In this document: positions 1-12,483 of the stretch, one piece after another | Numbering within the stretch: position 1 is the first letter of the stretch | Layout: every line of letters begins with the position of its first letter | NCBI GenBank assembly: GCA_965112735.1 | Contig: OZ218952.1 | Span: 2,976,001 to 3,040,000, forward strand | From: Phaeosaccion multiseriatum | Lineage: Eukaryota > Protista > Ochrophyta, other classes | Reading direction: 5' to 3' | DNA: 64,000 bases | Made by a program: the position numbers and the translations under genes | The notes under the pieces: generated by a model | What the model was told of the DNA's origin: nothing | Seen by the model: the letters and a program-made list of their open reading frames with translations, nothing else | Databases searched by the model: none

Positions 1-65
1 TGCTCCATCCCCCTCGGACTGTGTCCCGCCCCCCGGCTCACCCGCAACCGGCTGGTCTCCTCCAG

Positions 66-398
66 CGGAGGCCCTTCTCCTCCCCAAGGGAGGAAGCTGG
101 CTGCGAGGTGCGCTCGGGCCCACATACTGTGACCTCCCTCCATGGGCAATCACAGCATCGATGTACAGCACGGCGCCCATCATCTCCCACATGAACGGCA
201 GTGATGGAGAGAGTACATCGATGCTGTGATTGCCCATGGAGGGAGGTCACAGGCTCCATCTGTTGCCGTTCATGTGGGAGATGATGGGCGCCGCGCTGTA
301 CATCGATGCTGTGACTGCCCATGGAGGGAGGTCACAGTATGTGGGCCGGAGCGCACCTTGCAGCCAGCTTCCTCCCTTGGGGAGGAGAAGGGCCTCCG
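66..398. repeat. Long inverted repeat (arms 66-200 and 264-398) with a 40-bp third copy (213-252) in the spacer
   Basis: 66-200 is the reverse complement of 264-398 with a few substitutions; 213-252 is the exact reverse complement of 127-166. ORFs 38..322(-) and 226..549(+) share a near-identical peptide for this reason. Confidence 0.9.
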
Positions 399-817
399 GT
401 CTGCTGACGTGGCCGTGGGTGAGCAACACAGCCCATCCTCTAGGGAGGGACTTGAGGAAGCGCTCCTGCTGGGTGAGAGCACCTTCGGCTGCGTCGGCCT
501 TGGGCGTGCTGGGGAGTTGGTCATAGATACGAGCTGCAGCTTGTATTAGACGGAGATGGTAGCCCAAATGGCTGGGGGGCACGAACATCTGCACATGAGG
601 GCTGTTGCGAGAGCTGTTTGCGTCATTCGGCGGCGATTGGCCGTGGCGCTCCAGGCGAACGTTACTTTTAGACAACCTGAAGACAATCATCCGAAGGGAG
701 AAAAATACAAAAGGCACTTTACGGGTGTTATATAAACCTCTTCTCTTCTTCTCCGCTTCCCTCTTCTAGAGGGGCCCTTGCCCCTTTCCCTCTGAAGGGA
801 GCTTTATTCAACCTGTC

Positions 818-2655
818 ATGTTTGGGGGCGGCAGGGAGAGCAAGAGCAAACATGCGGGCAAGGAGAAGGCCCGCTTGCTGGAGGAAGCGAAGCGACGGAG
901 GGAAGAGAGAGAAGCAAAGAAGAGAAGCCACGCAACCCTGAAGCGAGCGCAGGCACTAATCAGGGGCAGGGTGACCAGAAAACGACTCGGAAAGCAGTGG
1001 AGAGAGGAGCTGGACAAAAAATTGCATGACACTAGCAAGGTCTTGGCCATGCTCCCGGCAGACTCCGGGGTGCTTCCGTTGTCTGCGCTACTTCCCTTCG
1101 TGAGGCTACTCACCTGCCTGCAGCCCAGTGAGGCGGATAGAAGTCGAGTGGTGACTATGTGTGGCTTTCTACTCCCTTCTCTGCTGCTGCTCCAAAGTGA
1201 ACCTGGAGCTGCCGAACAAAGGTCTACATCCTTCTTGCTCTTCAGGATGTGCAACTTATGCCTGAATGTTGCGACGCAGCTGACTCTCGAGAGTCACTTC
1301 CCAACACACAGCGGGGGTATTGATCAGCTGCTCCTGCTCGCCTCCATCCTTGGGAAGAAGAAAGGCGTTGCCCAACGACTGAGCGCGGCTCACCATCACC
1401 CTCGAGTGCTCGGCCTTGTGCAAGTCTGTCTTCGTGTTTGGCTGGGGAGGCACTGTATGGAGCCCAGCGGCGGAGTTGAGGAGGAGGAGGAGGAGGAGGA
1501 GGATGGGGGGGAGAGGGCGGTGGATGGAGATGACACGCCTCAGGCCCTCTCAGGCGTCCGGGCAGATATCGTATCTTTGCTGTTTTCCTTGGCGCTAGGT
1601 TCGGCAGGCTTGGAAGCACCACCATTGCTACCAGCACCACCACCACCACCACCACCACCTCCACCACAATCAGTGCCTCCCAGAGAGCCAGAAAAGGCAG
1701 CGCAATTGCTGTGTGACGCTATAGCCTCTGGGGAGTCTGGGCTGAGCTGCCTGGGCAAGGCTTCCCTCTCTCTCGCCCTTGGAGGGGCAAGATGCGGAGA
1801 GCTGTTGCGAGAACTACCCCCCGGGAGGATGAGTAGCAGCGGATGCTGGCAAGAGCTGGTCGTGCTGTTGATGCAGACATCCCCAAGAGGAGGAGGAGGA
1901 GGAGGAGGAGGAGGAGGAGGAGGAGGAGGAGGAGGAGGAGGGGGAGGGGGTGCAGCAACAGCAGGAGTGGGAGTAGGAGGGGGAGGAGGTACCGATTCGA
2001 CGGGGCTGGGCAAGCCTCTTTGTCCTCTCGGGAAGATTGAGCTTGCCATTGCGGCGTGTAACTGCGCTACGTTCGCGATTCAAGCGGCGCTGCGGCAGGG
2101 AGAGGTGGAGTCTTTGCCGCTGCTCTTCCTGCAAAGGGTATGTCGTAGGCCGAGCAGCATGCCCCTTCAATGCACCTGTGGCATAACGTCTTCTTGAGTC
2201 CAAGTGGAGAGCTAACAGACTTCCCTTTTGCCATTCCGGCCGGCACTTGCTTTTACCCTGGGCACAGGCGAGAGGCTTTCGGCGGTTGCACTGGCGCCGA
2301 GTGGTGCTCTCGGACTGTTCGCGATGCCTGTACTTCATCAGCGTACTCGAACGGCAGTGCAAGGCTGTAGCCACAGCCCCAGCCCCCGCAGTTGGTGATA
2401 CAGCAGCCGAACCGCAAGAGCCGACTGGAGCAGAGCAAGCATCACCCCTGAGCACCCAAGCGGCACTTGACGCCACTCGAGCTCAAGCGAATTACTTGAT
2501 GGCCATGACCAGAAAGGTTAGAGAGCAGCATGCCCCCCGGTGGAGGAGCAGAGAGTGTTGGTCTGTTACAGCCCCTCTTTGGCGCCGACAGCCAAGCCGC
2601 ACACACCTGTCTCCCTTCCTTGTCCTTGGCTCTTGTCCTCCCTCATGGCGTGTTG

Positions 2656-2697
<42 letters not shown>

Positions 2698-4222
2698 CCT
2701 CTTTTCTCACCACCAGGCCATGGGTCAGTCCTTCTTGATGATGGAGGGCTGGAAGGCCGTGGTGGACATGGGGTCGCGGCGGTGTGGAGACAAGACCTTG
2801 TATCAAACGTGCAAGACGGAGCTGGAGGATCAAATGAGGCGCTGCAAGCAGGCCAAGATCGACGCTGTCAAGCATCAGCGATCGCTACGGGCGATGAGAA
2901 GAAAGATGGCTGCAATGTCGCCTGCTCGCCCGGGTCAAGGAGGACCAGGGGGGGATGGGGAGGTAGGGGGGGGAGATGGTTTGGCCGGAGGTGGGGAGAG
3001 CGTGGTGGTGAGCAAACTCAGTGAGGAAGAGCGACGCAAGAGAAGAGCTCGCACCCGCAGACGCAGGGAGGCAGAGGCAGCGGCAGCGCTTGTTGGGAAG
3101 CAGAGAACATCTGCGGAGGAAGAGCGGAGGCTTGAGGACCCACACTACCGGGTGAGGCGCTTCCGCCTCTTAGAAAGGAGAGCTGTGCGGCAAATGGAGG
3201 AGGCAGAGGCCCGAGCTGGGGAACACAGAAGAGAGGTCCAACGAGCGACGGAGGAGAGGGCAGTCGCGGCCACCGAGGATTGGAGGAAGGGTACGGAGGA
3301 GGTGGTGAGACTGCAGGAGAGGACCAAGAAAGCGGTAGAGAGGCTTTTGAGGGAGGAGGAGAGGCTGGCGAGACGGCGGCTGAAGCTCGAAGAGGAGAAG
3401 GAAGAGGAGGAAAGACGCAGAGCAAAGGAGGCGAGGAGGGAGAAGAAACGAGAGGCCAGGCTTCGATGCGAGAAGGATGGTGGGGTGCTTGGGGAGGATG
3501 GTGGTGATGAAGATGATGAAGATAGTGAGGGGTTCAGCGATGAGTATGATAGCGATGACTGGAGTAGTGGCGAGGAAGAGAATGGGCAAGGAGGGGAAGA
3601 ACAGGAATGGGACGAGGTGCCTGCGAACCCTTTGTTGGAGCCTCAATGGCTGAGAGGAGTGGAGGTTGTGATTGACGGGCAAGAGCTCTGGGCGTTGCAG
3701 CAGCAGCAGGAGGAGGAGGAGGGGTGGGGGAAGATGGGCAGTAGGAGCAGCAGCGTCAGCAGCACCAGCACCAGCACCACCACGAGAACAAAGAATACTC
3801 AGTCCGTTCTCGAGACGTGTTTGCTATACTACGACCCGCAGGCTCTGCTGCCTCGCGTCAGGCCTCCACGTGCCGTGGTGGCCGTGCCCCAGACACTCAT
3901 GCCACTCCCAGACGCTGAGGAAGAGGGCGGCCCCAGAGGCCTTCTGGTGCGGCTACAGGCAAGGGGAAGGCTCTTGCCAATAGACGTCGGAGGCGGAGGG
4001 GGAGGGAGGGGGGAAGGGAAGGATGATGATGCTGCTGCTGCTGCTCTTGCTCTGCTTGCAGCACGATGCGGGAAGGAGGGGAGCAATTTGGTGACCAATC
4101 GGACCCTCAATCGTGCGGCTTTGTACAGGCACATTCTGTCCGGCACATTGAATGCTTCACAGGCTTACGGGAGGCTTCAGCGCTACGCCGTACGGGGCCA
4201 GGACTTCCTCCCCTTGGACTGA
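818..4222 (+). CDS. UBE3C/UBE3B-like N-terminal IQ-motif protein with coiled-coil/acidic C-terminus and no HECT domain; 3 exons (~818-2137, ~2268-2516, ~2718-4222)
   Basis: N-terminus 'KARLLEEAKRRREERE...HATLKRAQALIRGRVTRKRL' resembles the charged helix plus IQ motif of UBE3B/C/UPL6-7. Phase-0 GT-AG introns join ORFs 818..2197, 2247..2738 and 2540..4222. Confidence 0.65.
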
Positions 4223-4556
4223 GGCGCACCTTGGACTGAGGCGAGTTGAGGACTCGAGAAGGGGGGTTGAGGTACCTGCTCCCCTCCCCTTGGCCTGAGG
4301 CGACTTGAGAGCAGCGCCGGGGAGGGTACAAGCTCATTGGAGTGAGGCGATTGGGGTGGAAGGGGTGATCGCTCACACCCCCCCCCCTTGACCTGAGACG
4401 ACGGAGATCAGTGCGGGAAAGGCGATGATAACTAAGGACTGAGACGACTTTGAGAGCAGCGCGGGAGGGGCGTGGTGCTCATTGAACTGAGGCGACTTAA
4501 GAGGGGGTTGGGGGGGCTCAGCCATACTTGCTCCCTCCCCTTGCACTGAAACGTCA
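4214..4556 (+). repeat. Degenerate interspaced motif array, consensus TTGGACTGAGGCGAC, 8 copies
   Basis: Copies start at ~4214, 4231, 4290, 4337, 4388, 4434, 4482 and 4541. Confidence 0.7.
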
Positions 4557-4773
4557 AAGCTCATGTGCCGCAGCGCCTCCTTGGTGGAGGAATTGCTCTC
4601 TCCCAGATGGTATGAGACGCACATGTATACGCTTAGGGTTGACCCTTTTGTAAAAGAGTACCGGTTAGTAACTCTTTCTTTTTATCAAATTTTTTTTAAA
4701 AAATGGACTGAGAGAAACAATGCCTACGCGGTACCGGTAGCTGCAGCATTCGCTCACTCACTTCACTGCTCTT

Positions 4774-7663
4774 TCACTTATTGGCTTGGACGGGAGACTT
4801 GCCCTTGCCCTTGGCCTTGGTGGTGGTCTTCTTTGCCTTGGCAGGGGTCTTGCTGCTGGCCTTACCCTTGGCAGGGGTCTTGGCCTTCCCCGCCCCCTTG
4901 CCCCCCTTGACTATCCCCTTGAGATCATCAAGCGTCAACGCCTCCTCCTCGTCATCCGACACCTCCAGCACGGCTGCGTCGTCCTCGTCCGCCTCACCGT
5001 TGCCCTCCTCGAGTAGGGCCAGCGTCCTTTTTGTGGGCTTCTTCTTTTTCGTGACCTTCAAAAACCTGTTGTGTGTATGTGTACGTGAGCATTGTGAGCA
5101 AGCCAGCAAGGAATGGAGAAGAGAGGCCTGAGTCAAACGAACGTATCGCTCCCTTGGAAGAGACAGACAGACTGCAGGGGGGAGATGGGTAGGAGCACAC
5201 ATCGCTTGCCTCATCTCTCTCTCTCTCTCTCTCTCTCTCGACTGTTCTTTCCATCATTCAAAGCACTCACTTCTCCACCACTGCGAGTGCCTGGCTCTTG
5301 TGCGGTCTTGCGTTGTACAGCCTCGTGAAGGCCGCCTTGGTCTTGGAGTCAATGCTCTTCATCACGTCCTCCTCCTTGGGGTTAAGCCGCACCTGAAACT
5401 CCGGCAGCAGCTCAAACAAGTCGTCCCTGGACAGGCCGTACTCATCCAACAGCTCCATCGTCCTCTCTGCCGCATCGCCGCCCCCCTCCTTGAGTGGGCG
5501 GAACAGTCTCTGCGTGAGCGCAGGGATGTACGCCCCTCGAATAGCTGTCCTGTCCCCACTCACACGTGCGTTCATGTGTGTGCTGAGCTCCCCTAGGAGA
5601 CGCTTGCGCTTGCCTTGGGCGCTGTTCTTGCCGAACCAGGCCGGGAAGCTGGGGAAACCCATCGAGCCTCGGCCGCTGTGAACGCCCACTCGGCAGTTGA
5701 GGGCAGCGTGGGCCGGCAGGAGCTCCCAGTGCTGATTGGCGCCCTGAATCATGTTGCTCAGGATGTCGCAGTCGCTGTGAGTGAGTGAGGGAGGTAGGGA
5801 GGTAGGGAGGTAGGGAGGGATGCAAGGAGGGAAGGTATGGGGGGGGGGCAAGTAGACGTTAGCACGAAGTACTACGGAGAGCAAAAAAAAAAAAAAAGGA
5901 GGGTAAAAAGAGATGGAGATACGACCGCACACAAGGCGGGGGGAAGGGGGTGGTGGAAGGGCCCCAACCCAATTCCGGGCCACCCTTGTTCGTCCTCTTC
6001 ACTCCCCTCCCCTCCCCTTCCCTAGTGTAGACACGGCCCGCCCTAACTCACTCACTCACTCACTCACCCACTCATTCACTCACCTCACAGCCTCGGACGC
6101 TTTGACGGTGATGGCCATTTGCTCGGCCTTGTGCTGTGGGGGGAGCTTGCTCAAGCACTCGAGGTAGTGTTGCTGCACGAAGAGGGGGATGAGCTGGTAG
6201 TCGGAGAAGAAGGCGTCCAAGCGTGTCTTCAAGGGCTTGCGGCCGAAGCCATTGAGGACGATGCGTGCCGCTTCGAAGCCGCTCACTCGCTGCATTTCAT
6301 CCTTGTTGATTGCCACCAGGCCTTGTTGGTGAGTGAGGTGGTGATACGGGCCAAGGGGGGTGGTGGTGGTGGTGGTGGTGGTGGTGGTGGTGGTGTTGGT
6401 GGTGTTGGTGGTGGTGAAGAAGAAGAAGAAGAAGAAGAAGAAGAAGAAGAAGAAGAAGAAGAAGAAGAAGAAGAAGAAGAAGAAGAAGAAGAAGAAGAAG
6501 AGGAGGAGGAGGAGGAGGAGGAGGAGGAGGAGGAGGAGGAGGAGGAGGAGGGGGGGGGGGGGGGGGGGGGGGAAATCAAGCTAGTTTAAAGTGGGCCGGA
6601 ACAAGGCAGCGAAAAGGGAGACACCGCATGGCGCTCCGATTTCGATAAGCAAACAAAAAAAGCCTCCAGCATCCAAAGTGGCGCGGCCTGGCCTCCTGCA
6701 AGTCAAAGTGCCTTTCAGCAGCCCTCCGCCCCCCCTCCCTCGCTCGCAATGGACGCTCGCAACGCAAACGCAGGGCAACAACAACAACGACTAAGTCGAC
6801 TCACTCAGTCAACTAATCACCAAGGACTCAGTCAACTCACTCACTCCTCACTCAATCCCTCACTCACCCTCCTTGACGCCTTTGTAGTTCATGGGCTTGG
6901 AGCTCGTGGCCCACATCTGCATCGCATTGAGGCATTGGCGAATGTCGTTTCCACAGCTCTCTGCAAGCATTTCGGCTGCATTCTCCTCCAACGCGAGGCC
7001 CTGGCTGTCCGCCACCACCACCAGCCGCTTGGCAATCATGCCCTTCTGCGGCCGCTTAAACCGCATGTCGTAGCAGTGGTTGGCCAGGCTGCGTACCTTG
7101 ACGGCCTGACGGTCGTTACAAATGGCAATGATGGGCACTTTCGCCTTCTTGATGAGGCTAATGAGCTCGGGAATGCCGCCTCGGTCATTGCCGCTCATAC
7201 CGTCCACTTCATCCATAATCACCACGCTTCCCTTCCTCTCCCCTTCTCCCCCATCACCTCCACCCTGCTTGCCTGCTCCACAGTCGAGAACCGTGTTGCC
7301 AAGCACTTTTTCCCTCAGCTCATCGTGCAACATCTTCTTGTTGCGCGTATCCGACGCGTTCAGCTCGAGCACGTGATAGCCAAGCGCCTTGCACACCACA
7401 GCCGCCGTGGAGGACTTGCCAATCCCCGGAGGGCCCGAGATGAGTGTCGCTTTGGCCCCCGGGTTGTCCTTCCCCGAGGGGGGCTCTCGAGTCTTGGATA
7501 CATGGTGGGCTCTCCAGTTCTTGAGCCAAGCAGTGAGCTTGCGCACGCCGTCTTGATTGCCCAGCACGTCCGCCGGTACCTGAGGCTTGAATCGATCGGC
7601 CCACAGCTGCCCTGCTCGGTCGTCCGTGACGAGCTTGGAAGGGTCGCTCTGCGCCTTCTTACC

Positions 7664-7701
<38 letters not shown>

Positions 7702-9322
7702 CGGCTGGCTTCTTCTTGGGTTGCGCTCCGTACGGATTGGCGGCGGGCTTCTTGGCTATCGCTCCGTAAGGATTGGCGACGGGCTTCTTACTGGGGCTTG
7801 CTGGCTTGGGCTTGGGCTTGCTGCTGCCCCCCCCGCCTTGGGCGTCCTCCTTGGCTTTGCTGTCACTGAGCATCTTGAAGAGGTCGTCCTCGCTGATGAC
7901 CTTGGTGCCGTGCTTCTGCGCTTTGTTGTACTTGGAGCCCTCCTCAGGGGGGCGGCCATCGTCCAGCACAGAGCCTAGCAGGAGATAGGATGTTCTGCCG
8001 CTCACCTTTGCACGCACGAACAAGGAGGGAGGGAGGGAGGGAGGGAGGGAGGGAAGGAAATGACAAGATATTCACATGTGCTCATCGTCGTAATGAAGAG
8101 GAAGGACGGTGGGGGGGGGGGGGGGGCTGCACGTCAATCAGACAACAGCCCCAAAGCGTAGGCTGGAGAACGTCAAGACGCAGGAGAGAGCTCTCTAGAG
8201 AGCACTCTCACTCGCTCGCTCGTATCTACTCGATTCTTCCTTCCTACCCACCTGCTTGGTGCACTTCCCCCCGTACTCCTTGAAGATATCCTCTGCTTCG
8301 TCCCTGGTGAGGGACTCCAGCACACCGCTCACCACCAGAGTCTTGCCGGTGAAGCACCCGGTGGCACCCTGGGGAACCTTCTTCTGGCCGTGCTTGGGCG
8401 GCGTATTGCGCTCTCCTCCAAAACTCTGCCACGGAGCAGCCTTTGGCTTGGGCTTGGGTGTCTCCTCGCTCTTGCTCTTGCTCGTGTTGGACGCTGATTT
8501 GTTGTTGTCGCCATCGTCGCTGTCGTCCATAACCTCAACGACCGGTGACTTTGCCGCTGACTTGGTTGGGCTCATCTTCCCGCCTGCCGTCTTGGCTCGT
8601 TTGGGGGCTGAGCGCACCTGATAAGAAAAGAGACGAACAAGGTGCAGAGCAAAAGAGAGAGAGGGAGAGAGAGAGAGGAGTGGTTAGGGCGCTGCGTGGG
8701 CCTTACCGTAGCGACATTCCGTACTCCTCGTCCGTTCACCTCGTCATCGCCCATGTTGTCGTCTTCCTCGTCACCCCCCTTTCCCTCTGGCTCGAAGTCA
8801 TCGTCGTCATCGTCGTTGTCTGACTCGATGATGGTCCTCTTTCTCGTGGTCTTCTTCTTGGTTGCTCCCCCGGCCTCTTCGTCACTTGACACGCTAATAA
8901 CATCCTCCTTCTTGGCCTTGCTACTGCTGAGTGGAGCGTGGCAAAGGAAGTCAACGTGAGGATGGTCAGAGTCATGGTCAGAGCGCAAGTGCAAGAGGCA
9001 TGGGAAACGAAGGGGGACGAGAGGGTGCGCTCGTGCTCCCTTAATAATCTCTTCCCCCATTCAGTTCCGTCCAACCCACGAACTAGAGCCATGAACAGAG
9101 AAGAGACAAGATCCTTCCCAGCACAGAGAAGATGGCATATGCCTACCTTGCCGTCTTTGTCGCTGCATCTCCCCGTGCCGCGGCGTCCTTCTTCTTGGAG
9201 GGTGTGCTACTTGAGCCCTTATTTGCCTTACCACCCGACCCTGAGGAAGCCGCGCCCGGCGTCGCCGCCTCCTTTTTGGCTTTGTCGACCGGCTTCTGCT
9301 TGAAGAAGTTGCGAATATCCAT
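4774..9322 (-). CDS. RFC1: Replication factor C subunit 1 (BRCT + AAA+ + RFC1 C-terminal domain), multi-exon
   Basis: Starts MDIRNFF at 9322. BRCT 'GKTLVVSGVLESLTRDEAEDIFKEYGGK...VSGRTSYLLLG', Walker A 'GPPGIGKS', 'LELNASD', Walker B 'MDEVDGMSGNDRGG', C-terminal 'FPAWFGKNS' and 'KTKAAFTRLYN'. Confidence 0.96.
6359..6572 (+). repeat. Compound (GGT)n-(GAA)n-(GAG)n-poly(G) tract inside an RFC1 intron (~6322-6867)
   Basis: Read directly from the sequence. Confidence 0.95.
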
Positions 9323-9496
9323 CGCTCACACCCCCGCGTCTCCACAAAACAGAGAGAGCAAAGGGATCGCGAGGCTTGAATTCAAGAGGGATGGCAACCA
9401 ATGGCGCGGCGGCCACGCAACTAGCACTACTGCTTACGCGCATTTCCATGTCACATTCGATTTCCCGATTCCTATCCTCCCTTGCAACAATAAAGC

Positions 9497-12058
9497 ATGA
9501 GGTGTTTGACGCTCCTCTCGGTTGCCGCCTCTTTGGGCATGGCTGTGGCCTTTGTCCCAGGGGCAGTGCTGCCCCGTATGGCCCGCAGCAGGCCCAATGT
9601 GCGAGTGAGTGCGGCAGACGACGACACACCGACAGACTTATTGTCTTTTGTAGCGATGATTAGCGAGAAGTATGGTGATGGGAAAGGAGGTAAAGCAAAA
9701 AGCAAGGCTGCTCCGAAGAAGGCGGCTCCAGCAGCGAAGGCTGAGAAGGCGGCCGCACCAGCCAAGGCTGAGAAGGCGGCCCCACCAGCCAAGGCTGCTA
9801 AGGCGGCCCCAGCTGCTGACCCGGTCGCGGTAGATCAGGGTGGAAACTTGCAGAAGGTGATCTTAAGAAGTGGAAGCTCGGAGGTGGAGCTTTACACGTT
9901 GGGAGCATGCGTCACTAGCTTCAAGGTACGCTATTGAGCGCTGTAAGATTGTGAGGAGGACGAGATGACCTCAGACCCGCTTGTCCATGCTCTTGCTCGC
10001 AGGTGGACGGATACGATAGCCTCTTCGTTCGCCCAGATGCAAAGCTCGACGGCTCCAAGCCCATCTCCGGAGGGCTGCCCCACTGGTGAGTGACTAGGAC
10101 ACGTGTGGTCTTCGCTCATCGCTTTTGAGTTATTAGTCTCACGAGCCCCCCTGTACTTCTCCACCTTCCGAATCCAACCCAGCTTCCCTCAATTCGGCCC
10201 CGGAGCAATGCAGCAGCATGGGTTTGGCAGGAATCTTGACTGGTGAGTCAGGCACACGTACACACGCACACAGCGATACGGATGGTGAACAGGATGGTGC
10301 AAGGTGTTCGGTGGATTGGCGGAGGAGGCGTCGAATACAAGCGGCACCCGCAAGAAATCACCTCTCCCCTCCTTCCCTGATATGTTAGACTAAAAAAAGG
10401 AGACTCTTCTGTCTGTCTGTTGCGTTCGGTCCTTGTGATGTCTTCTGTTCTGTTGGCCGCTGTACTGTACGCATGTAGGGCGATCGACAGCATCGAGGGA
10501 GGGGAGGGTGATGCGGACCCCTCCGTGACCCTCATGCTGCAGGAGAGCGAGGAGACCATGGGCATGTGGCCCTACGCCTTCACCATGAAGTACACGGTGA
10601 CCCTGGAGGACGGCGGCAAGAAGCTCAGCACGCGCGTGGTGGTCGACAACACCGGCGACGTCAACATGGAGTTCCAGGCGGCTCTGCACAGTTACTTTAG
10701 GTGCGTTGCGATTCGCTTTTAGGGGGGCTTTGCGTGCTTTGTGTGCTTATTCGTTGCCAGGGTTGGGTGCAGTGATGTATAGCAGCCGCGATGCTCCTCT
10801 CTCTCTCTCTCTCTCCTGCGGACGGAAGTGCCGAGTGAGAGGTGTACGCGACCGCAGCCTTGTGTACTGCGCTGCTCTAGCCCCCCTCCATCCACTTCAC
10901 ACGCTGTGCCACTTGTCTCCCATCCACCCGACCTCTCCTCCATCCACTGCCGTTTGTCTCAAATTCTGTACCCCTACCCCCCTCCTCCCCATCTCTGCTG
11001 CCCTTTGTTTGCCAATGCGTACTCTTGTCGCCCGCGCGCGCGCGCGCGTGTGTGTGTGTGTGCGTGCGTGCGTGCGACAGGTGCGGAAACGTGAACGACA
11101 TCAAGGTGACGAGCCCCGCCATCAAGGGCTCCAACAAGCACGACCGCATGGCCGACACTAAGGGGCCCTGCGAGGAGAGCGAGCTTACGATCACCAAGGA
11201 GACGGACACGTGAGCCTTGTGTGTGTGTGTGTGTGTGTGTTTGTGTGTGTGTTTGTGTGTTTGCGTGTGTGTTTGTGAGTGAGTGAGTGTGTGTATGTGT
11301 GTGTTTGCAGCAGTCAAGGATGAGCCGAGACGAAAGTCCAGTCTGACTGGTCACCCGGCTGACGTCTCTCCTTCCCCCCCTTCCCCTCCTCCTCCTCCTC
11401 CTCCTCCTCCTCCTCATCCTCTCCTCCTCCGCCTCCCCCTCCTCCTCCCCCTCCTCCTCCTCCTCCTCCTCCTCCTCCTCTTCCCCCGCCCCTGTGTGCT
11501 ATTATCAGCATCTTGTACGGTGTGTCCGGAGACTTGGAGCTGGTGGAGGAGAAGGCCGGGCGCAAGTTGCTCATCAGCAACAAGGCGGGCTGGAAGGACA
11601 CTGTGTAAGTTCAAGTCTCAGTATGCCATGCTTGCGTACGCCCAGCCATGCTTGTTCACGCCAAGCCATGCTATGCCATCATACATGTGGTCGGAGAGTC
11701 TCTTTCTTTCCCCTTTTTACGAGAACTGCACAGATTCAGACACGAGTGAACGCTTTCGCAGACATTTTTGTGCCCGGCTTGCTTCGCTCCTCTTCCTACC
11801 CCCCCCGCCCCCCCCCTCTCTCTCCGATGTCGCTTGTTCTGATCCTCACCCTTCACCCCCCGCGTCTCCCTTTCCCCTCGCTTCGTCACCCCCACCTCCT
11901 TACCGCCACCCCTCAGTGTCTGGAACCCTTACGGTGATGCGGGTATGGGGGCTGACAACTTCGTGTGTGTGGAGAGCGCTCTCGTGGAGAAGCCTGCCTA
12001 CGTCAAGCCTGGAGCGTCGTGGGTGGGGGAGATGAGCCTCACCCCTTCCAAGCTTTAA
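9497..12058 (+). CDS. Plastid-targeted glucose-6-phosphate 1-epimerase (aldose 1-epimerase family), 7 exons
   Basis: Signal peptide with 'AVAFVP' ochrophyte-type cleavage motif. Motifs 'GACVTSF', 'KPISGGLPHCFPQFG', 'QHGFGRN', 'FQAALHSYF', 'VWNP', 'FVCVE'. Exons ~9497-9925, 10003-10085, 10183-10242, 10479-10700, 11081-11209, 11508-11604, 11917-12058. Confidence 0.92.
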
Positions 12059-12483
12059 CTTTCTTTGGTGCTGACATTACTTTTATCAAAGGATGATGAA
12101 TGATTAGACTTTGAAGCAGGGAGCGTTTGGGTGAGCTGAGGTGGCTAGTGGATCTCTCTCTCTTTCACATCCCCTCCCCTATTTTTACTTTATTCATGTT
12201 TGCTCAGCCACAGGAGAGACAAGCAATTTTATTTATTTATTAATTTTGACTAGAATACAAGACTGAGCGTGGTCATGTTACCCGCTTGCACCAGTCGCCA
12301 GTTGCGCCCGCTCCAGAGCTCCAGGGGGGGCAGCGAGCTAGGGTACGGGAAGGTCACCAGACCACACTCAAACTTCCAAACGATTCGGGGCTGCCCCGCC
12401 CCCCCACCCCCCGAGTGGTATGTGAAGCCCAGCATTACGTCTATCCCGCCAGGCAAAAGGAACCTCACAGCCACCTCGACATG

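Noticed and set aside
4214-4556. CRISPR array
   Set aside because: Repeats are short and degenerate, spacers are mutually related, there are no cas genes, and the context is eukaryotic. Kept only as a motif array.
6119-6589. Poly-E/poly-G/poly-S ORFs
   Set aside because: Translations of an intronic trinucleotide tract in RFC1.
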